64,000 nucleotides of DNA, taken from positions 1,216,001 to 1,280,000 of the forward strand of contig CAVRAY010000001.1 in assembly GCA_963719225.1 (NCBI GenBank), written 5' to 3'. Within the stretch, counting starts at the first letter, position 1; each line of letters begins with the position of its first letter. The stretch comes from Thermoanaerobaculia bacterium (GTDB lineage Bacteria > Acidobacteriota > Thermoanaerobaculia > UBA5066). The position numbers and the translations under genes are program-made. The notes under the pieces were generated by a model. The model searched no databases. It was not told the DNA's origin and saw only the letters and a list, made by a program, of their open reading frames with translations. Positions 9,411 through 18,134 of this stretch are shown here, piece by piece.

Positions 9411-10631
9411 TCAGGACTTGAGGACGCCTCCCTCGGTCGCGATCGCTTCCAGGAGCTGATCTCCCGCGTCCGGGATGGCGGCGAGGACCCGGGCCCAGTT
9501 CGGGATGAGCGGAACACCAAGCGGATCGAGATTAAACTGCTCCACGCCGGCCTTGAGCGCTTTCGCGAAGGTGGCCACCGCCGACTCCTCCTCGTGGCGC
9601 TGGAAGACCAGCCCGTTGAAGCGCGCGAGAGAGTAGTAGTCGTTGAGCGCGTCCTCGGCGCGGCGCTGGTACGAGGCCAGGAGGGACTTCAGCGCGCCCT
9701 CCGAAAGCACGACGTCCGCGGCGGCGAGCGTGCGGAGCAGGTGCTTGGCGATGTCGCAGGCCATGCGGTGCAGTCCGCTGTTCGGGTCGTCGGGCGAGAG
9801 GGCCTGGTGCTTGTGGTCGTACTGATCGGCGAGATCGATCTGGCAGACGCGCCGCGGCGCGCTGTGCCGGAAGACCTCCGAGAGGACGCCGATCTCGAGA
9901 CCCCAGTCCGCCGGCACGCGGACCTGGCGCGCGAGGTCCGCCGACAGCGCGAATTCGCCCGCGAGGGGATAGCGGAAAGACGAGAGGAACTCGAGATAAG
10001 GATGCGATCCCAGGAGCGCCCGAAGGGCCGAGAGGAGCGGCCAGACGAAAAGGCGCACGACGCGCCCGTTGAGGCGGTCGGTGAATCGCGCGTAGTACCC
10101 CTTGCAGAAGTCGAAGTTGTAGATCGGGTTGACCAGCGGGTAGAGAAGCCTCGAGAGCGAGGCTCGGTCGTAGTCGATGACGTCGGCGTCCTGGAGCGCG
10201 ATGTGCTCGATGTTCCCGAGCGCCAGCAGGTATCCGAAGGCCATCCAGCAGGCCCTGCCCTTGCCGCGTTCCCCGAGCTTGAGGTCGCTCCCTTCCAGCT
10301 TCGCGAGGAGAGCCGTCACGCCCGGGCCGTCGTTCCAGAGGACGACCGTGCGCACCTTCATCCTCTTGAAATACTCCAGCGCGCCGCGGTATCCCGCCTC
10401 GTCGGCCCGGTCGAGCGAGATCACGACCGTGTCGAGATAGGCGAGCTGGGAGATCTCGTCGCAGATGCGCGCGAGCGCGGGGCGCTCGAGCTCGTTGACG
10501 AGGCAGGGGATGAGGAGCGCAGTGCGCGCGCGCCGCGTGGTGCGCGCGATGGCCTCGTCCAGCTCCTGGGTCGGCCGGTTTCCGAGGCGCGTCAGCGTCG
10601 TGATCGAGCCGGCCTGGAAGAAGTCGCTCAT
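9411..10631 (-). CDS. Glucosyl-3-phosphoglycerate synthase (GpgS)-like glycosyltransferase
   Basis: MSDFFQAGSITTL start, GKGRACW, DAD, KGYYAR, GRVVRL, RYPLAGEF, DWGLEIG, YDHKHQ. Confidence 0.85.
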   Translation of the reverse strand: MSDFFQAGSITTLTRLGNRPTQELDEAIARTTRRARTALLIPCLVNELERPALARICDEISQLAYLDTVVISLDRADEAGYRGALEYFKRMKVRTVVLWNDGPGVTALLAKLEGSDLKLGERGKGRACWMAFGYLLALGNIEHIALQDADVIDYDRASLSRLLYPLVNPIYNFDFCKGYYARFTDRLNGRVVRLFVWPLLSALRALLGSHPYLEFLSSFRYPLAGEFALSADLARQVRVPADWGLEIGVLSEVFRHSAPRRVCQIDLADQYDHKHQALSPDDPNSGLHRMACDIAKHLLRTLAAADVVLSEGALKSLLASYQRRAEDALNDYYSLARFNGLVFQRHEEESAVATFAKALKAGVEQFNLDPLGVPLIPNWARVLAAIPDAGDQLLEAIATEGGVLKS

Positions 10632-10687
10632 TTCACCCGAACATATCAGCCCGCGGACCGCTGCGCGGTCTAAACTTCTTCCCCCCT

Positions 10688-11935
10688 TCACCGCTCGGCA
10701 GAACTTGCTTCGTCCCCGAGAACGCCCTCCCATCTCGCGACCACGACGGCCGCGACGCAATTGCCGGCCAGGTTGATGGACGTCCGGGCCATGTCCATGA
10801 GCTCGTCCACGGCGAGGATCATCGCGACCCCCGCTTCACCCGGCAGGTTGAACGACGCGCAGCCGGCCGCGATGATGACGAGCGACGCCCGCGGCACGGC
10901 GGCGACGCCCTTCGTCGTGAGCATGAAGACGAGGCACATGTAAACCTGTTCGACGAGCGAGAGATGCCGGCCCGCGGCCTGGGCGATCGTGAGGGTCGCG
11001 AGGACGATGTAGAGCGTCGAGCCGTCCAGGTTGAAGCTGTAGCCAGCGGGAAGGACGAAGCCTGCCACGCTCTTGGGGACCCCGAACTCGACGATGCGCT
11101 CGAGGGCGCGGGGGAGCGCGGCCTCGGAAGAGGCCGTCGAGAACGCGATGAGGAAGGGCTCGCGGATCTTCCCGAAGAAGCGCTTCACGGAGACCCGCGC
11201 GAGCTTGAGGGCCGGAACGAGGACGAGGAGCGCAAAGACGACGAGAGCCGCGTAGAGCGATCCGACGAGCTTCGCGTAGCTGTTGAGAACCTTGATGCCG
11301 TGATGCGAAACGGCACCCGCCATGGCCCCGAACACGCCGAGGGGTGTGAGCGCCATGACGTAGTCCGTGAGCTTGAAGAGCACGGCCACCGCGGACTCGA
11401 AGAAGTCCACGAACGCCGTCGCGCGTGTTCCGACGTGTGCAGCCGCGATGCCGAGAAGCGTCGCGAAGATGACGATCTGGAGGATGTCCTGTCGGGCCAT
11501 CGCGTCGATCACGTTCGACGGGAAGAGATGGAGGAGTGTCTCGACGAGCGTCTTCGGCTTGGCGAGGGTCTCGCCCGTGGGCGGAAGCGTGAGGTCGAGG
11601 CCCGGCTTGACGAGGTTCGCGAAGGCGAGGCCGATCAGGAGGGCGATCGTGGTCGCGACCTCGAAATAGATGAGCGCCTTCACACCCATGCGCCCGACAG
11701 CCTTCACGTCCCCCGTCCTGCCGATGCCGAGGACGATCGTGGCGAAGATGAGCGGGACGACGAGCATCTTGATGAGGCTGATGAAGGCTCTCGAGAGGAA
11801 TCGGAACGTCTCGTAAGCCCACGGGTACGTCTCGGCGGGAAGGAAATGCCCGAGGACGACGCCGAGGATCAGCGCGTAGAAGATGAGCGCCGTGGACGAC
11901 AGCCACCTGCGGCGGCGAGGAGGGAAGGCGCTCAC
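10688..11935 (-). CDS. Dicarboxylate/amino acid:cation symporter (GltP/DctA family)
   Basis: AFSTASSEAALP, GYSFNLDGS, KGVAAVP, DMARTSIN. GTG start overlaps the dedA stop (GTGA). Confidence 0.93.
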   Translation of the reverse strand: MSAFPPRRRRWLSSTALIFYALILGVVLGHFLPAETYPWAYETFRFLSRAFISLIKMLVVPLIFATIVLGIGRTGDVKAVGRMGVKALIYFEVATTIALLIGLAFANLVKPGLDLTLPPTGETLAKPKTLVETLLHLFPSNVIDAMARQDILQIVIFATLLGIAAAHVGTRATAFVDFFESAVAVLFKLTDYVMALTPLGVFGAMAGAVSHHGIKVLNSYAKLVGSLYAALVVFALLVLVPALKLARVSVKRFFGKIREPFLIAFSTASSEAALPRALERIVEFGVPKSVAGFVLPAGYSFNLDGSTLYIVLATLTIAQAAGRHLSLVEQVYMCLVFMLTTKGVAAVPRASLVIIAAGCASFNLPGEAGVAMILAVDELMDMARTSINLAGNCVAAVVVARWEGVLGDEASSAER

Positions 11936-12591
11936 GTCGTTCCGACTCCGCGCGCGCGCCGCAGCCGCCGTGCCCTCCAGGTCTCCCACAGGAGCGGCAG
12001 CATCGAGACGGCGATGATGGCGAGGATGACGAGAGAGAAATTCTTCTTGACGATCGGGATGTTGCCGAAGAAGAAGCCCGAGAAGACGCAGACCGCGACC
12101 CAGAGCACCCCGCCGATCACGTTGTACGCCAGGAATACCCCGTAGCGCATCGAGCCGACTCCCGCCACGAAAGGCGCGAACGTTCGCACGATCGGAACGA
12201 ACCGCGCGAGGATGATCGTCTTTCGTCCGTACCTCTCGTAGAACTCTTCCGTCTTCCGGAGGTGCTCCTGCTTGAGGTACTTCACGCTTCCGCTGAAGGC
12301 GCGCAGGCCGATCCGCTTGCCGATCCAGTAGTTGACCGTGTCCCCGAGGATCGCTGCGAGCGACAGGACGAGAAACAGCAGCCAGACGTTCAGCGTGCCG
12401 AGCGACGCGAGCGCTCCGGCCGTGAAGAGGAGCGAGTCGCCGGGCAGAAAAGGAGTCACGACGAGGCCGGTCTCGCAGAAGACGATGGCGAAGAGAATGA
12501 GGTGCGTGAACGTTCCGTAGTCCCGGACGACGTCGGCCAGGTGCCTGTCGAGATGGAGGAAGACGTCGACCAGCTGCTTGACGAAGTCCAT
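11932..12591 (-). CDS. dedA: DedA family membrane protein
   Basis: FCETGLVVTPFLPGDSLLF, GDTVNYWIG, ARFVPIVRTFAPFVAG. Confidence 0.95.
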   Translation of the reverse strand: MDFVKQLVDVFLHLDRHLADVVRDYGTFTHLILFAIVFCETGLVVTPFLPGDSLLFTAGALASLGTLNVWLLFLVLSLAAILGDTVNYWIGKRIGLRAFSGSVKYLKQEHLRKTEEFYERYGRKTIILARFVPIVRTFAPFVAGVGSMRYGVFLAYNVIGGVLWVAVCVFSGFFFGNIPIVKKNFSLVILAIIAVSMLPLLWETWRARRLRRARGVGTT

Positions 12592-12653
12592 CGGGGCTCC
12601 TTCGATGGCGCGGAGATTAACCGGAAAGGCCCGTGAGCCCCGATAATGGGGCC

Positions 12654-14843
12654 GTGCTGCGCTTCGAGGACATCCTGGAGAAAGTCGAGTCCTACCACCC
12701 CGGCCTGGACGAGGACCTGCTGCGCCGGGCGTACGTCGTCTCGGCCCACGAGCACCGCAACCAGCTCCGCTCCTCGGGCGAGGCCTACCTCGTCCACCCG
12801 CTCAACGTCGCGATGATCCTCGCCGAGATGAAGCTCGACGAGGCGTCGATCGCCGCCGGGCTTCTCCACGACGTTCTCGAGGACACGACCCTCACGAAGG
12901 AACGCCTGTCGGAGCTGTTCGGACCCGACGTGGCCCACCTCGTGGACGGCGTCACGAAGATCGGCAAGTACGCCTACACGTCGAAAGAGGCCCAGCAGGC
13001 CGAGACGTTCCGCAAGATGCTCCTCGCGATGACGGACGACCTCAGGGTCATCCTCGTCAAGCTCGCCGACCGCCTCCACAACATGCGGACTCTCGAGCAC
13101 GTGCCGGAGGCGAAGCAGCGTGCGGCAGCCTCCGAGACGATGGAGATCTACGCGCCCCTCGCGAACCGGCTCGGCATGGGCAAGATGAAAGGGGAGCTCG
13201 AGGATCTCTCGTTCCGCTTCCTTCATCCCGAGGAGTTCTCGGCCCTCCGCGCTGCCGTGGACGAGCGGATGGCGGCCTCGGCCGCGAACGTCGAGAAGAT
13301 CCGCCAGGAGCTCGTCGCCAAGACCGGCGCCATGGGCATCGAAGCCGAGATCACCGGGCGCGTGAAACGCTACTGGTCGATCCGCCAGAAGCTGATCCGC
13401 CAGGCGATTCCTCTCGAGCAGCTCTACGACGTCCTCGCGTTCCGCGTTCTCGTGGACTCGATTCCCGACTGCTACACGGTCCTCGGGATCGTGCACCAGG
13501 TCTGGCGGCCGGTGCCGGGCCGCATCAAGGATTACATCGCGATGCCGAAGCGGAACTTCTACCAGTCCCTCCACACGACGCTCGTCCCGGAGGGTGCGCC
13601 GCCTTTCGAGGTGCAGATCCGCACGCGCGAGATGGACCTCATCGCGGAGAACGGCATCGCGGCGCACTGGAAGTACAAGGAAGGAAAGCCCGTGCGAACG
13701 GACGCGCGGCACGAGGAGCACGTCGGAGTCCTGAGACAGATCCTCGAAACGACGAAGGACGTGTCGGACCCGCGTGAGTTCCTGTCCTCCCTGAGGATCG
13801 ACCTCTATCCGGACGACGTCTACACCTTCAGCCCGAAAGGGGCGGTCTACTCCTTCCCACGCGGTGCGACCCCGGTGGATTTCGCGTACCGGATCCACAC
13901 GGACGTCGGTCACCACTGCGTCGGCGCGCGCCTGAACGGGCGTCTCGTCCCGCTCAAGACGCCGCTCGCGAACGGCGACATCGTGGAGATCCTCACGTCT
14001 CCCTCCGCGCAGCCCTCCCGGGACTGGCTGTCGTTCGCGCTGACGTCGCGCGCGCGGAACAAGATCCGCGCATTCATTCACGTCGCCGAGAAGGAGCAGT
14101 CGATCGAGATCGGCCGCCGCCTTCTCGAGCGGGAGCTCAAGAAGTGGAAGAAAAGTCTCCCGAAGCTCCTCGAGGCGAAGGCTTTCGACCCGTTCCTCGC
14201 CGATTTCGGCGCCGGAAAGGTCGACGACCTGGTCGCGGACGTGGGATCCGGGAAAGTCGCTCCGCGCGCACTCGTCGCGAAGCTGCTGCCGGAGACGGCG
14301 GCGGCCGCTCCGCCCTCTCCCTCGAAGGTCTCGGCGATCTCGAGCGTCGTCCGGCGGGTCCTGCCCTTCGGCGCGGCGGCGGGAATTCGCGTCAAGGGCG
14401 AGAACGACCTGCTTGCGACGCTGGCCCGATGCTGCCAGCCGGTGCCGGGCGATGACATCGTCGGCTACGTGACGCGCGGAAGGGGCGTCTCCGTTCACGC
14501 CACGACCTGCCCGAACGTACGTTCGCTGCTGTTCGACCCGAGCCGCGAGATCCCGGTTGAGTGGGCGACGGCGAAAGACGCTTCCGTCACGGTCGACCTC
14601 GAGATCCGGACCGAAGACCGCCAGGGAATGCTGGCGCGCATCACGCAGGTTCTCTCGGCCGCGAATTCGAACATTCGGTCGATCGAGGCCCGCACGAGCC
14701 TCGACTGCAACGCCTCGATCGAGGCAAGCGTCACGACCCGGGATCGCCGGCACCTCGAGCGGCTGCTCGTCTCGCTCCGCGCCCTCCCCGGCGTGACGGA
14801 CGTGCGGCGCAAGCTCCGCGACTCGGACGCCGAAGCGGGCTGA
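12654..14843 (+). CDS. rel: Bifunctional (p)ppGpp synthetase/hydrolase (Rel/SpoT)
   Basis: HD domain (LLHDVLED, KLADRLHNMRTL), synthetase (YQSLHT, EVQIRT, AAHWKYK), TGS, CC and ACT domains. Start placed at GTG 12654 (MLRFEDIL). Confidence 0.96.
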   Translation: MLRFEDILEKVESYHPGLDEDLLRRAYVVSAHEHRNQLRSSGEAYLVHPLNVAMILAEMKLDEASIAAGLLHDVLEDTTLTKERLSELFGPDVAHLVDGVTKIGKYAYTSKEAQQAETFRKMLLAMTDDLRVILVKLADRLHNMRTLEHVPEAKQRAAASETMEIYAPLANRLGMGKMKGELEDLSFRFLHPEEFSALRAAVDERMAASAANVEKIRQELVAKTGAMGIEAEITGRVKRYWSIRQKLIRQAIPLEQLYDVLAFRVLVDSIPDCYTVLGIVHQVWRPVPGRIKDYIAMPKRNFYQSLHTTLVPEGAPPFEVQIRTREMDLIAENGIAAHWKYKEGKPVRTDARHEEHVGVLRQILETTKDVSDPREFLSSLRIDLYPDDVYTFSPKGAVYSFPRGATPVDFAYRIHTDVGHHCVGARLNGRLVPLKTPLANGDIVEILTSPSAQPSRDWLSFALTSRARNKIRAFIHVAEKEQSIEIGRRLLERELKKWKKSLPKLLEAKAFDPFLADFGAGKVDDLVADVGSGKVAPRALVAKLLPETAAAAPPSPSKVSAISSVVRRVLPFGAAAGIRVKGENDLLATLARCCQPVPGDDIVGYVTRGRGVSVHATTCPNVRSLLFDPSREIPVEWATAKDASVTVDLEIRTEDRQGMLARITQVLSAANSNIRSIEARTSLDCNASIEASVTTRDRRHLERLLVSLRALPGVTDVRRKLRDSDAEAG

Positions 14844-15029
14844 CTCTCTCCGTCCCAGCCTCGAAGTTTGACGATTTTCCGTGCTGTTTTTTGGAGCGGG
14901 CTCGAGGCGCCGGCCCGCGGGAGGAACGCGCGGCTTCGCCCCTACGCTCGCATCCGCTCCGGCGGGATGGGGCGGACTTATACCAAAGCCTTTGCACAGG
15001 AGCAAGGGAAATCTTGCGGGCCTAACGAC

Positions 15030-15058
15030 TTGACACCCTTCGGGGGGAACTTCAAAAT
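15030..15058 (+). promoter_or_regulatory. Sigma70-type promoter of pil operon (TTGACA-N17-CAAAAT)
   Basis: Perfect -35 with 17-bp spacer in an AT-richer intergenic region, 65 bp before pilM. Confidence 0.55.
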
Positions 15059-15123
15059 AGGGCGAGTCAATCCCTTTTCGCGTCTCGCCCCCGGAGGACC
15101 GGGTCGAGGGAAGGAACCCTATC

Positions 15124-16179
15124 GTGCTGTTCCGAAAGGCGAAAAACCTGGTCGGTCTCGACATCGGCTCGTCCGCCGTGAAGCTCGTGGAGCTCAAAGA
15201 GGGCAAGGAGGGGACGTTCCAGCTCGTCAAGGCGGGCCTCGAAGTCCTCTCGCCCGAGGCGATCGTCGACGGCGCGATCATGGACTCTTCCCTCGTCGTC
15301 GAGACGATCTCGCGTCTGCTCGCGTCGACGGGAGTGAAGAACCCGAACGTGGCTGTCTCGGTGTCCGGGCACTCGGTCATCGTCAAGAAGATCATGCTGC
15401 CCACCATGCCGGAGGAGGAGCTTTCCGAGTCCATCCGGTGGGAAGCCGAGCAGTACGTCCCGTTCGACATCAATGACGTCTACCTCGACTACGTCGTCCT
15501 GGACCCCGGCGCCGTGGGCGAGACCATGGGCGTCCTCCTCGTCGCCGCCAAGAAGGAGAAAGTGGACGACTTCAAGAACGTCGTCACGCAGGCCGGGCGC
15601 ACACCCGCCCTCGTGGACGTGGACGCCTTCGCGCTCCAGAACTGCTACGAGGTGAACTACGGAGCGGATCCGGGGCGTGTCGTGGCGCTCGTGAACGTCG
15701 GAGCCTCCGTCATGAACGTGAACATCCTCTCGCAGGGCCAGACGGTCTTCTGGCGCGACATCACGTTCGGCGGGAACCAGTTCACCGACGCCCTTCAGAA
15801 GGCCTACTCCCTCAATTTCGAGCAAGCCGAGTCTCTGAAGAAGGGGGAGCCGGTCGCGGGCCAGACGGCCCAGACGATCCAGCCCGTCCTCACGGGAGTG
15901 GCCGAAGATGCGGCAGCCGAGCTGCAGAAGACTCTGGATTTCTTCCAGGCCACCTCCGGCGCGGATCGCGTGGACTCGATCATGATTTCCGGCGGCGGCG
16001 CGAAGGCCGCCCACCTCGAGGACGTCCTGAAGGACAAGTTCGGGCTCCCCGTGGAGGTCCTGAACCCTTTCCGGTCGATCTTCACGGACGATCGCGCGGT
16101 CGACGCCGCCTGGCTCTCCGAGGCGTCGCCGGCGCTCGCGATCGCCGTGGGCCTCGGCGTGAGGAAGATCGGGGAGTAG
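15124..16179 (+). CDS. pilM: Type IV pilus assembly protein PilM
   Basis: VGLDIGSSAVKLVEL actin-like fold, EAEQYVPF, SGGGA, NPF; first gene of the MNOPQ order. Confidence 0.95.
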   Translation: MLFRKAKNLVGLDIGSSAVKLVELKEGKEGTFQLVKAGLEVLSPEAIVDGAIMDSSLVVETISRLLASTGVKNPNVAVSVSGHSVIVKKIMLPTMPEEELSESIRWEAEQYVPFDINDVYLDYVVLDPGAVGETMGVLLVAAKKEKVDDFKNVVTQAGRTPALVDVDAFALQNCYEVNYGADPGRVVALVNVGASVMNVNILSQGQTVFWRDITFGGNQFTDALQKAYSLNFEQAESLKKGEPVAGQTAQTIQPVLTGVAEDAAAELQKTLDFFQATSGADRVDSIMISGGGAKAAHLEDVLKDKFGLPVEVLNPFRSIFTDDRAVDAAWLSEASPALAIAVGLGVRKIGE

Positions 16180-16183
16180 CGGC

Positions 16184-16852
16184 ATGATTCGCATCAACCT
16201 CCTCGCCGAAGCCCGGCCGCAGCGCAAGAAGAAGGGTGTCGCCGCCCTCGGGGGCGCCGGGCGGCTCAACACGCTCCTCATGGGAGGCGTGATCGGCCTG
16301 GCCATCCTCATCGGCATCGTGCATTACTGGGTGCTCCGTTCCCAGATCAAGGCCCAGGAAGAGAAGATCCGGATCGCCCAGATCGAAGTCGCGCGCCTCG
16401 AAGCCGTCCTCAAGGAAGTGAAGGATTACGAGGCGAAGAAAGCCCGCGTCCAGCGCAAGGTCGACCTCATCAACCAGCTCAAGCAGAACCAGCGCGGTCC
16501 GGTGCGTCTCATGGACGAGGTTTCGAAGGCGCTCCCCGACCTCGTCTGGCTCGAACGCATGGACTACCACGGCACCACGATCTCCATCGACGGCAAGGCC
16601 TTCAATCCGCCCGCGGTCGCGAACTTCGTGGCGAATCTCAAGCTCGTGCCCTCTTTCCAGGAGCCGAAAGTGGAGTTCACGGCCTGCAGCGGGCCAGGCG
16701 GCTCGGCGCTCTATTGCTTCAAGACGAATTTCGGATTCTCGAACACAGACCGTACGCAGCCCGACAGCGGCGCCGCGAGGGCCGCCGAGCCGGCTCAAGC
16801 GCCGCAACCGACCGAGACGCCGAAGCCGGCCGGAAAGCCGAAGAAGGTCTAG
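16184..16852 (+). CDS. pilN: Type IV pilus assembly protein PilN
   Basis: MIRINLL motif, TM helix, coiled coil, LPDLVWL. Confidence 0.93.
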   Translation: MIRINLLAEARPQRKKKGVAALGGAGRLNTLLMGGVIGLAILIGIVHYWVLRSQIKAQEEKIRIAQIEVARLEAVLKEVKDYEAKKARVQRKVDLINQLKQNQRGPVRLMDEVSKALPDLVWLERMDYHGTTISIDGKAFNPPAVANFVANLKLVPSFQEPKVEFTACSGPGGSALYCFKTNFGFSNTDRTQPDSGAARAAEPAQAPQPTETPKPAGKPKKV

Positions 16853-16861
16853 GGGAAAGCC

Positions 16862-17527
16862 ATGGCGACGCTCGACCTCAAACAGCTCGAAGGGAAGCCC
16901 TGGTACTACGGGCTGGGTATCGGCCTGGGCGTCGCCCTCGCGCTCTACGCCGCCGCCTACTACCAGCTTCCGAACTTCAGCGAGATGAAGCAGACGCTGG
17001 AGAACAAGAAGAACGAGCTCGACCAGCTGAACCAGAAGATCACGCAGGGCCGCGCCGCCGAGCGCCGCCTGCCGCAGCTGCGGGAGGAAGTCCGCCGGAC
17101 CGAGCTCGATCTGCAGCGGCTTCTTCAGATCCTTCCGACGGCGCGCAACGCCGAGGAGCTCATCAAGAAGATCCAGGCGCTCGCGGGACAAGGTGAGTTC
17201 TTCCTCAAGAAGTGGACGCCGAAGGAGTACATCAACAGGGACTTCTACGCGGAGTGGCCCATCGACCTCCAGATCGACGGGACCTACCACAATCTCGCGC
17301 TTTTCTTCGAGAAGGTGGCGCGGTTCTCCCGGATCATCAATATCGAGGATCTGGTCATGACCGGCTATCCGGACGCGGCCGGAGGCCGCACGCTCGGGGC
17401 GACGTTCTCGATGAAGACATTCATTTATCTCGGCGACACGGAGGCGGCGACGCCTGCGGCGGCCGGGCCGAAGAAGGCGGCTCCTCCCCCCGGCGCCAAG
17501 AAGAAAGCCGCAGGGCTCGAGGGATGA
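16862..17527 (+). CDS. pilO: Type IV pilus assembly protein PilO
   Basis: TM helix plus coiled coil, LP motif, FYAEWPI...GTYHNLALFF...RIIN. Confidence 0.93.
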   Translation: MATLDLKQLEGKPWYYGLGIGLGVALALYAAAYYQLPNFSEMKQTLENKKNELDQLNQKITQGRAAERRLPQLREEVRRTELDLQRLLQILPTARNAEELIKKIQALAGQGEFFLKKWTPKEYINRDFYAEWPIDLQIDGTYHNLALFFEKVARFSRIINIEDLVMTGYPDAAGGRTLGATFSMKTFIYLGDTEAATPAAAGPKKAAPPPGAKKKAAGLEG

Positions 17528-18048
17528 GCGCGCGTCGTCTCCTCGCCGCGATCGCACTGCCGGCCTTGCTCCTGGCAGCGCCTGCGCCGTCGCGCGCCCA
17601 GGCCCCGCCCGCCACCTCGGCCGCTCCGGCTCCCGCGACCGCTGCGGCTGCCGCTCCTGCTCCGGGAGCTCCGGGCAAGGTCACCGAGCAGGATTTCACC
17701 CCGTCCGTCTACACGTACGAGGTTGCCGGACGGCGGGACCCCTTCCGCTCGCTGCTCGTGCGAAACCCGTCGGACAAGGATCGTGTGCGCCCGCCGGGCC
17801 TCGCGGGGGTCATGGTGGACGAGCTCGAGCTCCAGGGCACGATCAAGGTCAAGCAGGGCTGGGTCGCGATGATGCGCGGCCCGGACAACAAATCGCACCT
17901 CGTCCGCAAAGGGACGACGCTCTTCGACGGCGAGGTCATCGAAGTGTCGGCAACGGAAGTGACGTTCCGTCAGAACGTGAACGATCCGACGAACCCCAAG
18001 CCTTTCCGGGAAGTGGTCAAGGCGCTCTCACTCCATAAGAAGTCGTGA
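17524..18048 (+). CDS. pilP: Type IV pilus assembly protein PilP
   Basis: Signal peptide, GRRDPFRS motif, beta domain; ATGA overlap with pilO. Confidence 0.85.
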   Translation: MSARRLLAAIALPALLLAAPAPSRAQAPPATSAAPAPATAAAAAPAPGAPGKVTEQDFTPSVYTYEVAGRRDPFRSLLVRNPSDKDRVRPPGLAGVMVDELELQGTIKVKQGWVAMMRGPDNKSHLVRKGTTLFDGEVIEVSATEVTFRQNVNDPTNPKPFREVVKALSLHKKS

Positions 18049-18134
18049 CCGAAGGGATGTCCATGACGACGAAGCTGATGGGCACTAGGAACTCGAAGGG
18101 CACGGGAGACCTCGTGCCGTCCGGGGGAGGAAGC

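Noticed and set aside
14900-14975. REP-like or riboswitch-like GC-rich hairpins after rel (GGCTTCGCCCC also at 45066)
   Set aside because: Only an 11-bp GC-rich match and imperfect stems; no recognisable RNA family.
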